Origin: Wickerhamiella versatilis
Lineage: Eukaryota
NCBI GenBank assembly: GCA_030867685.1
Contig: JAQOWU010000003.1
Location: 682,001 to 746,000 of the forward strand
Direction: 5' to 3'
Length of the DNA stretch: 64,000 nt
Shown here in pieces: positions 9,152-19,658 of the stretch; the first letter of the stretch is position 1, and every line of letters starts with the position of its first letter. A program made the position numbers and the translations under genes. The notes under the pieces were generated by a model, which was not told the DNA's origin, did not search any database, and was given only the letters and a program-made list of their open reading frames with translations.

Positions 9152-12100
9152 CTAAAGCTTCAACCGGCCAAACTCTTCTATGACGGAATTGAGACCCTGG
9201 ATTTCAGCATTGTAGGCTTCGATACGCTTGGAATTTGCCTCACGGACAGCTTCCTTGACCTTTTGTTCATAGCCTGGGACCTTAGTTTGCTTGATCGCAT
9301 TGTCACGAAGCTGCTCGGCCTTAGTTAGCTTCTTGTTTGCCTTGGCAATTTCGTCATCTAGATTCACATGGCCTTTAACCATCAAGAATACTCGGCAATC
9401 GGGGCTTACTGTCCCCACAACTGACCCAGGTGGCGTAGTAGCATCTTCTGTTATATCGAGAGTATTTGCGGCACGAACAAGACTTATTATCATGTCCTTT
9501 TGGTTGTGCATCACAGCCAACGCATTATTCTCTGCAGAAACAATCAAATGAGCTCCTTTATTGATGGAATAATCTGCCAATAGGGATCTCGCTTGCTTAA
9601 CAGCACCTAAGACAAGGTTGTACTCCTGCTCTGCATTGGGATTAAAGAACTCTGGTTCGGGGAACTGAGCGACAGATACCGATGGGACATTGGCATCGCT
9701 GGCGCGACGAGGAATCCGCTGCCACAGTTCTTCCGTGATGTACGGCATGAAAGGAGCTAGAAGCTTCATGCCGCCCTCAATCGCGGTATATAGAGTGTTA
9801 CGTGCACTCACTTGCTCCTCAGGGGTACCCTCGAGGATCAAAAACTTTGAATTCTCGATATAAACGTCACAGAGCTCATACAACCAGTAGCTGTATGCGG
9901 CCGATGCAGCCTCAGAGAATTGGCGGTTGTCAAGGTGTTCAGCAACGGCACGTGAGGCCACAGAATATTTGTGCAGAATCCATTTCTCCACTAGTGACTC
10001 ATTGCCACCTAAGGCCTCTTTCTCAGGTGGAACATAGTTTTCTCCGAGTCTCATGAGAACAAACTTTGTGGCCTGGTAAATCTTGTTGCAGAACTTTCGA
10101 TAGCCCTCGATGCGGCCTACATCCAAGTTAATATCTCGGCCTCCTGTAGTGTATGCACACATCGCGAAACGCAATGCATCAGTGCCACACTGAGGAACTC
10201 CATTCGGGTAACTAAGACGTTGTCCCTCGGCTGCTTTAGCCACCTCACGAGGATCAAGGTTACCAAGCTTTAGCTTGTCATGCAAGCCCTCAAGACTTAT
10301 GCCATTAATAACGTCCAGTGGGTCAACAACATTTCCAAGTGACTTCGACATCTTTCTACCCTGAGCATCACGTACGAGAGCATGACAGAATACCTCCTTG
10401 AATGGAATTTCTCCGACAAGTTTGATTCCAAGCATTATCATGCGGGCAACCCAGAAAAATAAAATATCCCAGCCTGTTTCCAGTAGATTCATGGGATAGA
10501 AGTCCTTCATATCTTTGGAAGAGATATCAGGCCATCCCAATGTTGAAAAAGGCCAAAGACCGGAAGAGAACCAAGTATCAAGAACGTCTTCATCTTGACT
10601 GATTTGAACCTCCTTACCAGGGAACTTTTCCTGGGCTTTCGCAAGGGCTTCATCGTAGCTTCGTCCGGCGACCCAGTTTTCTGTTAGACTAGGGTTGGGC
10701 GATGGTTGGCCAACAACTTCAACCAGATACACTGGGCATCTATGACCCCACCAAAGTTGTCGTGAGATGCACCAATCTTGAATATTGCTCATCCAGTGCT
10801 CGAACTCATGCTGAGACGACTTAGGAGTGACTGTGATCTCCCCAGTCCGCACAGCCTTCAAAGCTTGCTCCGCTTGAGGCTTCTGTGCTACCCACCACTG
10901 CGGTTTTAACAATGGCTCAATGACGTCGCCACTCTTGGCACACGTTGGGATACTCATAGGATTCTCTTTCTGATCAATATAGAGACCGTTAGCCTTAAGA
11001 TCTTCTATGACCTTAGCACGGGCATCAAAGCGCTTCATACCCTTGTATGGGCCACAATTCTCGTTAAGCGTACCATCCTCATTCAAGATAGAGATGAGGG
11101 GCAGATTATGGCGTTTACCTGTCTCATAATCGTTAGGATCATGTGCTGGCGTGATCTTCACTGCACCAGTACCAAATTCCATGTCAACTGCTTCCGCGTC
11201 TGTTATTACTGGCACCTCATGCCCTTCAAGCAGGGGATGAAGAAGGGTCTTTCCGTGAAGATGTTTGTATCGCGAGTCATCAGGATGAACGGCAACTGCA
11301 GTATCACCGAAGAGAGTTTCTGGTCGAGTTGTAGCAATGACGACCTTCTCCCCAGTGTCCTTAGCCACATATGCCATGGAAGTCAAAACACCGAACTCGA
11401 CGGGATTGTCATATCCAGGCACATTAAGTTTCGTTCTCCCAGGGATCTCCTTCTGTTCCAACTCTAAATTGCTGAGAGTAGTGCGAAGAGCAGTACACCA
11501 GTTCACAAGCCTCTCTGCACGATATATAGTGCCGTCATCGAATAGCCTGACGAAGGCTTCAGTTACAGCACGAGATCTGGGGTCATCCATGGTAAAAACC
11601 TCACGGCTCCAATCATATGATGCACCCAACGATTCGAGTTGTTTTCTAATTCGCTCATGGTATTCCTCCTTCCAATCCCAAACAATATCCAAGAATTTCT
11701 CACGTCCATAATCGTGGCGCGTAGTCCGCGTACGTGTCCAGAGCATCTTTTCCACCACACTTTGTGTACTAATACCGGCGTGATCAAACCCAGGCAAGAA
11801 AAGGGTAGTCTTACCTGCCATTCGATTGAACCGTATAAGAGTATCCTGGAGTGATATAGTCAATGCATGTCCAATATGGAGAGCTCCTGTGATATTTGGG
11901 GGTGGGGCTGGAATCACAAAACGACCTTTTGGCAGAAAGTTTCCATCATTATCAAATTTGGGTGCAAAGAACCCTTGCTTCTTCCACCATTCATACCAAG
12001 AAGACTCAACAATTTTAGGATTGTAAGCCTTTAATGCAGGATCATCCAGTGAGTGTAGAATCTTCTTTTCACCAGGTACTGTCTCATCCTTGAATTCAGG

Positions 12101-12262
12101 AATGGGTTCCTTCTTAGACTCCTGCTTCGGCTTCTTGTTACCTGATTGTTGTGGCTGCTGTTGCTGTTTCGCCTGCTTAGCTTGAAACTTTGCAAGTTTC
12201 TCGGCCTTTTTCTTCTCCTTCTCGATCTCTTTCGCAGTCTTAGGGCGTGCCTCACTCGACAT
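9152..12262 (-). CDS. VAS1: Valyl-tRNA synthetase (cytosolic ATG at 12262; probable non-AUG mitochondrial extension upstream)
   Basis: PPPNITGALHIGHAL (HIGH), RKMSKSLGN (KMSKS), DWCISRQLWWGH and editing-domain ATTRPET. Confidence 0.97.
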   Translation of the reverse strand: MSSEARPKTAKEIEKEKKKAEKLAKFQAKQAKQQQQPQQSGNKKPKQESKKEPIPEFKDETVPGEKKILHSLDDPALKAYNPKIVESSWYEWWKKQGFFAPKFDNDGNFLPKGRFVIPAPPPNITGALHIGHALTISLQDTLIRFNRMAGKTTLFLPGFDHAGISTQSVVEKMLWTRTRTTRHDYGREKFLDIVWDWKEEYHERIRKQLESLGASYDWSREVFTMDDPRSRAVTEAFVRLFDDGTIYRAERLVNWCTALRTTLSNLELEQKEIPGRTKLNVPGYDNPVEFGVLTSMAYVAKDTGEKVVIATTRPETLFGDTAVAVHPDDSRYKHLHGKTLLHPLLEGHEVPVITDAEAVDMEFGTGAVKITPAHDPNDYETGKRHNLPLISILNEDGTLNENCGPYKGMKRFDARAKVIEDLKANGLYIDQKENPMSIPTCAKSGDVIEPLLKPQWWVAQKPQAEQALKAVRTGEITVTPKSSQHEFEHWMSNIQDWCISRQLWWGHRCPVYLVEVVGQPSPNPSLTENWVAGRSYDEALAKAQEKFPGKEVQISQDEDVLDTWFSSGLWPFSTLGWPDISSKDMKDFYPMNLLETGWDILFFWVARMIMLGIKLVGEIPFKEVFCHALVRDAQGRKMSKSLGNVVDPLDVINGISLEGLHDKLKLGNLDPREVAKAAEGQRLSYPNGVPQCGTDALRFAMCAYTTGGRDINLDVGRIEGYRKFCNKIYQATKFVLMRLGENYVPPEKEALGGNESLVEKWILHKYSVASRAVAEHLDNRQFSEAASAAYSYWLYELCDVYIENSKFLILEGTPEEQVSARNTLYTAIEGGMKLLAPFMPYITEELWQRIPRRASDANVPSVSVAQFPEPEFFNPNAEQEYNLVLGAVKQARSLLADYSINKGAHLIVSAENNALAVMHNQKDMIISLVRAANTLDITEDATTPPGSVVGTVSPDCRVFLMVKGHVNLDDEIAKANKKLTKAEQLRDNAIKQTKVPGYEQKVKEAVREANSKRIEAYNAEIQGLNSVIEEFGRLKL

Positions 12263-12296
12263 CCTTCGAATCAAGCACCAGACCCTTAGAATTTTC

Positions 12297-12307
12297 GATG
12301 ACTCATC
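12297..12307. promoter_or_regulatory. Gcn4/AP-1 site GATGACTCATC upstream of VAS1
   Basis: Perfect ATGACTCAT about 37 nt upstream of the VAS1 ATG. Aminoacyl-tRNA synthetase genes are classical Gcn4 targets. Confidence 0.65.
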
Positions 12308-12469
12308 TAACGTCCTCGAGGGTCATTATTGAAGAGCGACCCTTACCCTAAATATATGAGCGTCCTCACTATTCATGCGGTTCACTGCGAAACACATACT
12401 AGACGCACTAATCCTTTAAATCTTAGGCCTTTAGAGCTATTCAGCACCTTTAGAGGGACCAGCGTGGAT

Positions 12470-12480
12470 GATGACTCATC
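12470..12480. promoter_or_regulatory. Second Gcn4/AP-1 site GATGACTCATC in the VAS1/ISWI divergent promoter
   Basis: Identical 11-mer immediately before the ISWI ATG at 12481. Confidence 0.55.
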
Positions 12481-15258
12481 ATGCCTTCTGACGCGTCGAA
12501 ATACTTCGTAGAAGGCCGGAAGGCCGAGCTTCAGGAGGAGGCTGCAGAGATAAGTGGAAAAAGATTTCAGTATCTAATTGGCCTTACTGATCTCTTCAGG
12601 CACTTTATTGATGCCCGTGCCGAAAAAGATCCGCGTTTTGCTGAACTAGTTGCCAGTGTAGCGCCGCAAAAAAAAGAGTCGAAAGCGACTGGTAACAAGG
12701 GCGGTAGCCACCGAGGTCGTAAAACTGAGAAACAGGAGGACTCTGAGTTACTTCAGAGTGATGGCTCAGAAGATTTAACTGTCTTCACGGAATCACCCGG
12801 CTTTATACACGGTAAATTGCGTGACTATCAGATCGCAGGCTTGAACTGGATGGTTTCGCTCCATGAAAACAACATAAATGGTATTTTGGCAGATGAGATG
12901 GGTCTCGGTAAGACTTTGCAAACGATCTCCTTCCTGGGTTATCTGCGCTGGGTAAAGGAAATAACTGGTCCTCACCTCATATTGGTGCCCAAATCGACGC
13001 TCGACAATTGGCGTCGTGAATTCCAGCAATGGACGCCCGAAGTCCGCACTGTAGTACTTCAAGGAACAAAAGAGGAGCGTTCTGACCTCATCAAAGATAA
13101 ACTTCTCACTTGTGATTTTGACGTTTGTATTGCATCCTATGAGACAGTACTGCGCGAAAAAAATACCTTCCGCAAGTTTGCCTGGCAGTATATCATTGTT
13201 GATGAGGCACATCGTATCAAGAATGAGGAATCGCAACTCTCACAAATTATTCGCATTCTTTCTAGCCGTAACCGTCTTCTAATTACAGGTACTCCGTTGC
13301 AAAACAATATGCATGAGCTTTGGGCTCTTCTGAATTTCTTGCTGCCAGATATTTTTGGGGATGCTGCAGTTTTTGATCAATGGTTCGAAAAGGAGGGAGA
13401 TCAGGATGCAGTTATCCGCCAGCTGCATAAGGTATTACGACCTTTTCTTTTGCGCAGATTGAAGTCAGAGGTGGAGCATAGTCTATTGCCAAAAAGGGAA
13501 GTCAATCTTTATATAGGAATGAGTCCCATGCAGCGAAAGTGGTACCAACAGATTTTGGAACGTGATATTGCTGCGGTGAATGGTGTAGTTGGAGCACGAG
13601 AAAAGTCTCGTCTTCAAAATATAGTTATGCAACTGCGAAAATGCTGCAACCATCCTTACCTTTTTGAAGGCGCTGAGCCAGGCCCACCTTTTACCACTGA
13701 TGAGCATTTAGTGGAGAATAGTGGTAAATTGCGGGTATTGGATAAATTGCTCCAGCGCCTTAAGGCCAAAGGCTCGCGTGTTTTAATATTTAGTCAAATG
13801 AGCCGACTGTTGGATATCTTGGAAGACTACTGCTGGTTTCGAGGATACAAGTATTGTAGAATCGATGGACAAACCGATCATGAGGTCAGAATAAATGCTA
13901 TTGATGAGTACAACAAGCCGGGCTCCGATAAATTTATTTTTCTACTCACTACCCGTGCTGGTGGTTTGGGAATTAATCTAACTACAGCGGACTCGGTGGT
14001 ACTCTTCGATTCTGACTGGAATCCTCAGGCAGACTTACAGGCAATGGACCGAGCTCATCGGATTGGTCAGACAAAGCAAGTACATGTTTACCGCTTTGTG
14101 ACTGAAAAATCGATAGAAGAGAAGGTTGTCGAAAGAGCAGCTAAGAAGCTCAAGCTAGATCAGTTGGTCATTCAACAAGGCCGTGCATCAGCGGAAGATA
14201 AGAAGCAGTCCGCTAAGAATGCTAAGGATGAGCTGCTTGGTATGATCCAGCATGGTGCACAGGCAGTTTTCGATGAAAAGCCCGAGACTAATGAGGAGAA
14301 CGAAACGGATGATATTGACAAATTGCTTGAGGCTGGCGAAAAAAGAACCGAGGAACTGAGCCACCGATACGAAGGGCTGGGTATCGATGAGCTTCAGAAA
14401 TTTGAACAGGCCACGGAAAAGCCTATTAAAAAGTCGCTGCAAGTTCCAGCTATTGTTCCAACTCTTGGAAAGAGAGGGAGACCAGTCCAAGATGGATTCT
14501 ATCGCCCTGCGCACCTTGATCGTGAAAGACGCGTGAGGGGCCCAAAACAAATTCATTTGCAGGATCACCAATTTTGGCCGCAGAGACTATATGACCTGCA
14601 GCTTCAGGAGCTCTCCTGGCATCGTAACCAAATAGGCGACGAGCCTGAGGATGCGTTAGATAAATGGGAGATCAGCCATGCGAAACCTCTAACAGATGAG
14701 GAGAAAGAGGAGCTGAAGGGCTTGCGACGGGTAGGTTTCAGTAACTGGACCCGACGCGATTTTACAACATTTATTGGTCTAATGGCGCAGTATGGTCGTG
14801 ATAATTTTGAGGAAATAATAAAGGGATTACCTGAAAAATCTGAGTTGGAGATACGAACGTACCATGAAGCCTTTTGGCGCCGTTACCGTGAGATTGAGCT
14901 TTACGAGAGATATCTAAGTCTGATTGAACAGGGTCAGGAAAAAGCTGAACGACAGCGTTTACAAACAGAGTGCTTGAAGAAGAAGGTTGAAAGTTGTGAT
15001 GCTCCCCTTCAGCAGTTAGTTATAGATGCACCACAAACAGGGCGCAAGTTGTATTCCGAAATTGAAGATCGATTCCTGGTTTTGCAGCTTTATCAGTTAG
15101 GACTTGATGCCCCAAATCTTTATGAACAGATCCGTGAGGCCATACGAGAGTCGCCATTGTTCAGGTTCGATTGGTTCTTTTTGTCCCGTATGCCGGTGGA
15201 ACTTGGTCGCCGATGCCAGTCTCTACTTGCAGCCATTGCAAAGGAAAGTTCTAAGTGA
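12481..15258 (+). CDS. ISW2: ISWI-family chromatin-remodelling ATPase (Isw1/Isw2)
   Basis: ADEMGLGKT, DEAH, QAMDRAHRIGQ and C-terminal SANT/SLIDE (FRFDWFFLSR). The ISW1 versus ISW2 assignment is uncertain. Confidence 0.9.
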   Translation: MPSDASKYFVEGRKAELQEEAAEISGKRFQYLIGLTDLFRHFIDARAEKDPRFAELVASVAPQKKESKATGNKGGSHRGRKTEKQEDSELLQSDGSEDLTVFTESPGFIHGKLRDYQIAGLNWMVSLHENNINGILADEMGLGKTLQTISFLGYLRWVKEITGPHLILVPKSTLDNWRREFQQWTPEVRTVVLQGTKEERSDLIKDKLLTCDFDVCIASYETVLREKNTFRKFAWQYIIVDEAHRIKNEESQLSQIIRILSSRNRLLITGTPLQNNMHELWALLNFLLPDIFGDAAVFDQWFEKEGDQDAVIRQLHKVLRPFLLRRLKSEVEHSLLPKREVNLYIGMSPMQRKWYQQILERDIAAVNGVVGAREKSRLQNIVMQLRKCCNHPYLFEGAEPGPPFTTDEHLVENSGKLRVLDKLLQRLKAKGSRVLIFSQMSRLLDILEDYCWFRGYKYCRIDGQTDHEVRINAIDEYNKPGSDKFIFLLTTRAGGLGINLTTADSVVLFDSDWNPQADLQAMDRAHRIGQTKQVHVYRFVTEKSIEEKVVERAAKKLKLDQLVIQQGRASAEDKKQSAKNAKDELLGMIQHGAQAVFDEKPETNEENETDDIDKLLEAGEKRTEELSHRYEGLGIDELQKFEQATEKPIKKSLQVPAIVPTLGKRGRPVQDGFYRPAHLDRERRVRGPKQIHLQDHQFWPQRLYDLQLQELSWHRNQIGDEPEDALDKWEISHAKPLTDEEKEELKGLRRVGFSNWTRRDFTTFIGLMAQYGRDNFEEIIKGLPEKSELEIRTYHEAFWRRYREIELYERYLSLIEQGQEKAERQRLQTECLKKKVESCDAPLQQLVIDAPQTGRKLYSEIEDRFLVLQLYQLGLDAPNLYEQIREAIRESPLFRFDWFFLSRMPVELGRRCQSLLAAIAKESSK

Positions 15259-15416
15259 AAGGTTAATTTAGAATGTACTAGATTTTCATTTCATTGGCAT
15301 AGGAGATCTAAATTTAATATATTGATAACAAGCTTGGCATTTCGGAAATGACCTTTTTCGCATAGCTTGTGCTTCGTGAAAGTTCATATTGTACCGAAGC
15401 AATAGGAGGTACATAT

Positions 15417-15908
15417 TTAACGAGGTAAAAGCCCCTCAATAGGCTTTCGCAGTGAAGCTGGTGAAGTTGTAGATCCCCAACGGTCTACAACTTCACCTTC
15501 TGGACTAACCAGAAATTTTTCAAAGTTCCACTTCACACCAGAAAATCCAAGAGCGCCACTTTTCTTGCTTTTCAAAAACTTGTAGACAGGTTCCGCATTG
15601 GGACCATTGACATCTATCTTTTTGAGAACTGGAAAAGACACACCGAACTTCGTTTGGCAAAACATGGCTATTTCCTCATCTGTACCAGGCTCCTGACTGC
15701 CGAATTGGTTGCAAGGGAAGCCTAGTATAACAAGTCCGTGGTCCTTCAAATCGCGATATAGTGTTTCCAACTCTCGATACTGATTGGTAAATCCACACTT
15801 TGAGGCGACATTAACAATGAGAACTACCTTGCCTCTAAGCTGAGAAAAGGGAAATGCCTGTCCGTTCCCGTCCAGTGGTGAAAGATCGTAGAATGTTTCC
15901 GTTGCCAT
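15417..15908 (-). CDS. HYR1: Glutathione peroxidase-like thiol peroxidase (Hyr1/Gpx)
   Basis: VNVASKCGFT, GFPCNQFGSQEP and KWNFEKFL. First ATG at 15908. Confidence 0.92.
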   Translation of the reverse strand: MATETFYDLSPLDGNGQAFPFSQLRGKVVLIVNVASKCGFTNQYRELETLYRDLKDHGLVILGFPCNQFGSQEPGTDEEIAMFCQTKFGVSFPVLKKIDVNGPNAEPVYKFLKSKKSGALGFSGVKWNFEKFLVSPEGEVVDRWGSTTSPASLRKPIEGLLPR

Positions 15909-15954
15909 CCTCTGACAGACGATAAACCTAACCCAGCACCGTTCTTCCGTTACT

Positions 15955-15961
15955 TGAGTCA
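15955..15961. promoter_or_regulatory. AP-1 (Yap1/Gcn4-type) site TGAGTCA upstream of HYR1
   Basis: Perfect heptamer 47 nt upstream of the peroxidase ATG. Confidence 0.45.
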
Positions 15962-16235
15962 ATACGATCCATAGAGTAATATAAGGTTTTGTAGCTGCTA
16001 AGCTGCCAGGTCAGTAAAAATGTAAGATATCCCACTACTTCAGTCTTGAATTTTACGTAGTCTAATGATGGATTGCTGCTTCAGTTGTATACAACTCAGT
16101 ATCTATAGAGAAAAGCAATGCAAAACAGGCACATATATCCGTTTGCAGCTTTTATTCGAAACACATATTCAATAATATCTTGTTATGTATTGACGTTGAG
16201 GTGATGAATATATACCACAATTTTGGTGATTAAGT

Positions 16236-16245
16236 AATTTTTTCA
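16236..16245 (-). promoter_or_regulatory. RRPE-like element (TGAAAAAATT) upstream of UTP5
   Basis: AATTTTTTCA just before the ATG of a ribosome-biogenesis gene. Similar AATTTTTT/AAAAATT runs precede DBP8 and SDA1. Confidence 0.45.
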
Positions 16246-16252
16246 TCCGAGG

Positions 16253-18043
16253 ATGGAGGGCCTTCCTTGCATTGCCGCTAGCTTTGATCCTTATGGGCTG
16301 CGCTTTGCGGTGGTATTTCGAGCTTTAGATACACACCGACTCCGCGTGGTGTCAGTATTGAAACCCGAAGAAGCATACGAAGTAGCTCTTGATCGGTCTG
16401 TCCGAGTTACCTCCCTATGCTGGGTTCCTAAGTCAAACACAACACAGCCAGCGAAGAAGAAGAAAAGGATTGCTGATCTTCAGGGATCTATTGACTACTC
16501 AGTGGCACTTGGCACTCAACAGGGAATAGTAATTCTTCATAATGCTGCCACGAACACTTTATCTCAACTTGGATCACCTGGCTTTGCTGTGGCAAGCCTT
16601 TCATATTCGTCGAGAGGGCTTCTGGTACTAACAAGTGATGGTAAACTCTCAGAATGGGATATTTCGAAAACTTCGCAACCTAATGGCTCAGCGCTTCTAG
16701 ATATATCCTCTCCAAGTGCTGTCTTAGGATTTGAAAGTCTTCAAGTTGTAGCGGGTACTTCACCACTATTAGTAGCGAACGGAGAACCTTATAGACAACT
16801 AAGTGGGTTTGCCACTCCAATAGAGAGTTTGGCGCTAATCGATGACAATCACTTTGCAGCTTTTGCTTCAGAAGACCGTCAGGTACTTATATATACCAAG
16901 GATCAGACAGTTACGAGCTTAATGTCGCCATCTTACAATGTGTCACATATATCTGGAAGTTTTAATGTTGTTTCGATCACTACGGAAGATGGCTCCGTAC
17001 TTTGTTTCAGAGACCCAATAAGTTCGCCGGGCAAATCTCCTCATCAGCGTTCTAAACCTGATCTTACTATACATCTTAAGGTTGGGTCGAAGCCTGTCCC
17101 TGTACGCCAGACGTTTGTCGATGGAGATTCGCTGTGGTTGGTTTGGGTTGAGCATGGTTCGATTCCCATTTTTGGCAAGGTGAAATGGCAGACTTCAGAG
17201 CAGGTCATAACCTTGGAACGGGAACCTGCGGTACCTAGCGTAAATGATTCATTGAATGGCCGTTTGACAGATCCAGCGGCGGCCCCCTTATACCGCGATT
17301 CAGCTGCAACTGTTGTGTCTGGTTCCCATTTCGAAGATATCAGTGACCCTGAAGATGTTCCAACAATGGCAGAGCGGCTAGAAGCACTGCAAGTGCCCGA
17401 TGAGTCTCTTTCAGATTCTGAGAGCCCAGAGGTCCCGATTGCAGGACCGGGGTCTTTCGCCGTGGTTCTCAACCAAGCTCTAATTTCAAACGATAGTCAA
17501 TTACTCAACAGTTGTTTTGCAGAAAGTGATGAATCTCTGATAAAGCTTTCATTGTTGAAACTTGAGCCAACCCTCGCGGCAAAATTGCTTGAAAAGCTTG
17601 GAACTGCTATGGCAAGGTCACCAGGACGAACGCAATCCCTGATGTTGTGGATTCGATGGATATTGATAATTCATGGAGGTTATCTGGCCCAGCAAAATAA
17701 TCTACTAAAAATCCTGGCATCTCTTCATTCAACCCTGGCTGCAAGGGCTGCATGTCTTCCGTCGCTTTTGGCTATTCAAGGAAAGCTGGACCTCCTTGTT
17801 GCACAACAGGGCTTGAGGGCTCAGCGGGAATCAATCGAAGAAGAAATTGATGAACCAGAGATACGATATGATGAGGATGATGCTGTCATTGTGAATGGTG
17901 AAGAGGACTTTTCAGAGGCAGGTTCTGACACTCCAGATATGGGAGGTGCCGAGGGAGAATCCGCCTCAGAGATTGGACTCGACTCAGATTCTCAATTTGA
18001 TTCGGATGAATTTGTTGGTTTTGACGGAGACGAGTCAAGCTAA
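16253..18043 (+). CDS. UTP5: SSU processome component Utp5 (WD-like N-terminus + Utp12 domain)
   Basis: N-terminal ALDTHRLRV, C-terminal Utp12 domain (VVLNQALISNDSQLL..WIRWILIIHGGYL..LQGKLDLL-like) and acidic tail. Confidence 0.85.
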   Translation: MEGLPCIAASFDPYGLRFAVVFRALDTHRLRVVSVLKPEEAYEVALDRSVRVTSLCWVPKSNTTQPAKKKKRIADLQGSIDYSVALGTQQGIVILHNAATNTLSQLGSPGFAVASLSYSSRGLLVLTSDGKLSEWDISKTSQPNGSALLDISSPSAVLGFESLQVVAGTSPLLVANGEPYRQLSGFATPIESLALIDDNHFAAFASEDRQVLIYTKDQTVTSLMSPSYNVSHISGSFNVVSITTEDGSVLCFRDPISSPGKSPHQRSKPDLTIHLKVGSKPVPVRQTFVDGDSLWLVWVEHGSIPIFGKVKWQTSEQVITLEREPAVPSVNDSLNGRLTDPAAAPLYRDSAATVVSGSHFEDISDPEDVPTMAERLEALQVPDESLSDSESPEVPIAGPGSFAVVLNQALISNDSQLLNSCFAESDESLIKLSLLKLEPTLAAKLLEKLGTAMARSPGRTQSLMLWIRWILIIHGGYLAQQNNLLKILASLHSTLAARAACLPSLLAIQGKLDLLVAQQGLRAQRESIEEEIDEPEIRYDEDDAVIVNGEEDFSEAGSDTPDMGGAEGESASEIGLDSDSQFDSDEFVGFDGDESS

Positions 18044-18242
18044 AAAGAAAAGCATTTAAATTATGCACCAGAGACCTCAATAAGCTCTTGCCAAGGTAAT
18101 CATAGCCAGTTGACGTTTCAATAAACTCAAGAATATAAATAAATTACATATGTTGCTCAATGCTCGGCAAAAGTAGACATTCAAGCTGCCTAATGGGCGA
18201 AACTAGGCACATGTATTTTCCAGCCGTTATATGTAAGCTGAC

Positions 18243-19379
18243 ATGTCTGGGTCAAGGCTACCATTGACGGAGAGGCTTTCACGCCCATTAAAGCAGCCGA
18301 AGCAGCTGTCGTCATGGTCCCAGATTGGAAATGACTATTATCCGGATACAAGAGCTTTAAGATACTACTATTTTCCTGACTCTGAGCTTGATCGTGACCT
18401 TAACCTTGGTGTCGGTTTCAGCGCCTATCAAAAAGTTCCAGACACTAATCAACATCTTGATGGTGTTTTGAATGCAATAATGCATCTGGAAAAGTCTTCT
18501 AATCAAAAAATCGATAGCAACATGGTAACTTGGCGAGGTATTTTATCTCGAATTATAGGAATCAGCGTAGATTCCAGGCAGGACCTTGATTTTAATGTTG
18601 TTGGATTTGATGGCCAGATATTTATGGAAATCGCATTTGATGAAGATCAAGCCAGGGATGCACAGCAGGTTTATCCTCAGAAAGATAAAATGATATATTC
18701 TGGTTATAACTTCGAAAAGTTCACAACTTTGCCAGGGCCATGGGCTAGCTGCACGCGTGAGGAAATTATGGGTCGGTACAAAGGATGCTATCGGAAAGAA
18801 GGTGAGTATGGAATATTGCTACGAAGTGGAGTTGGTCCAATCAAAGTTTTGTATGGTGCTGAAGTTGACTGCACTGAAAAATGGATAGATCCGAAAAAAC
18901 CTTTGAGCCGTTATGTAGAGCTCAAGACGACAAAAGCAATACGTAATTCTAGAGATGCCAAAAATTTTGAGGCCAAAATCTTCAGATCCTGGCTTCAGTG
19001 CTTTTTGGCTGGTATCCCAAAGATCGTCTATGGGTTTCGAGGAGAGAACTACGAGCTTTGTGCAGTTGAAGAATACAAAACAAGCGATCTGCCTCAATTT
19101 TTAAAGAACAGCCGTGTTACACCTCCTCAGAATCGGTGGAATGGTAATGACGCCATCGCATTCTATGCTGTGTTTTTAGCCTGGATGAATGATACAGTTA
19201 AAGATGGGCATTCATACCGCTTGCGTTATCGCGCTGGATCGCCTTATATTGAATTGGTCGAAGGTAAGATTTCCGTTCCTGGTCGTGAAGTTGCATTTTT
19301 GCCTAATGAATTCGTTGAGTGGAGGCGTGGCTTGAATCGGGCAAAGGTAGAGTCCGAGGCAGCACCGGAGACAAATTAG
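18243..19379 (+). CDS. RAI1: Rai1/DXO decapping nuclease
   Basis: VTWRG, YSGYNFE, GAEVDC, YVELKT and WLQCFLAGIPKIVYGFR motifs. Confidence 0.92.
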   Translation: MSGSRLPLTERLSRPLKQPKQLSSWSQIGNDYYPDTRALRYYYFPDSELDRDLNLGVGFSAYQKVPDTNQHLDGVLNAIMHLEKSSNQKIDSNMVTWRGILSRIIGISVDSRQDLDFNVVGFDGQIFMEIAFDEDQARDAQQVYPQKDKMIYSGYNFEKFTTLPGPWASCTREEIMGRYKGCYRKEGEYGILLRSGVGPIKVLYGAEVDCTEKWIDPKKPLSRYVELKTTKAIRNSRDAKNFEAKIFRSWLQCFLAGIPKIVYGFRGENYELCAVEEYKTSDLPQFLKNSRVTPPQNRWNGNDAIAFYAVFLAWMNDTVKDGHSYRLRYRAGSPYIELVEGKISVPGREVAFLPNEFVEWRRGLNRAKVESEAAPETN

Positions 19380-19658
19380 TTGTAACTCCCTGCTAAGCTT
19401 GAATAATTTGCTGGTTTCTTTCTGAAGTGTCTTATCAATTTCACGTGACAAATGATGCTTTTTTAAATATTTGATATGAACAAAGCGACAATTTATGTGC
19501 AATCTGATAAGCTGCAACGCCCTATTTATTTCTGGTGAAGTTTTGGCCAGTGATAGCTCGTGTATCAGCATTGTTCTCACACAACAAAGTACTAAACTAA
19601 TAGGGGTGATTATGGTCACATTATAATTATTTGATTAAAACGTCAATCGTATGAAGCA

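Noticed and set aside
15909-15962. TTG-initiated extension of HYR1 as a mitochondrial presequence
   Set aside because: Contains acidic residues (TEE), and the TTG overlaps an AP-1 site that better explains the sequence. Not excluded, but weak.
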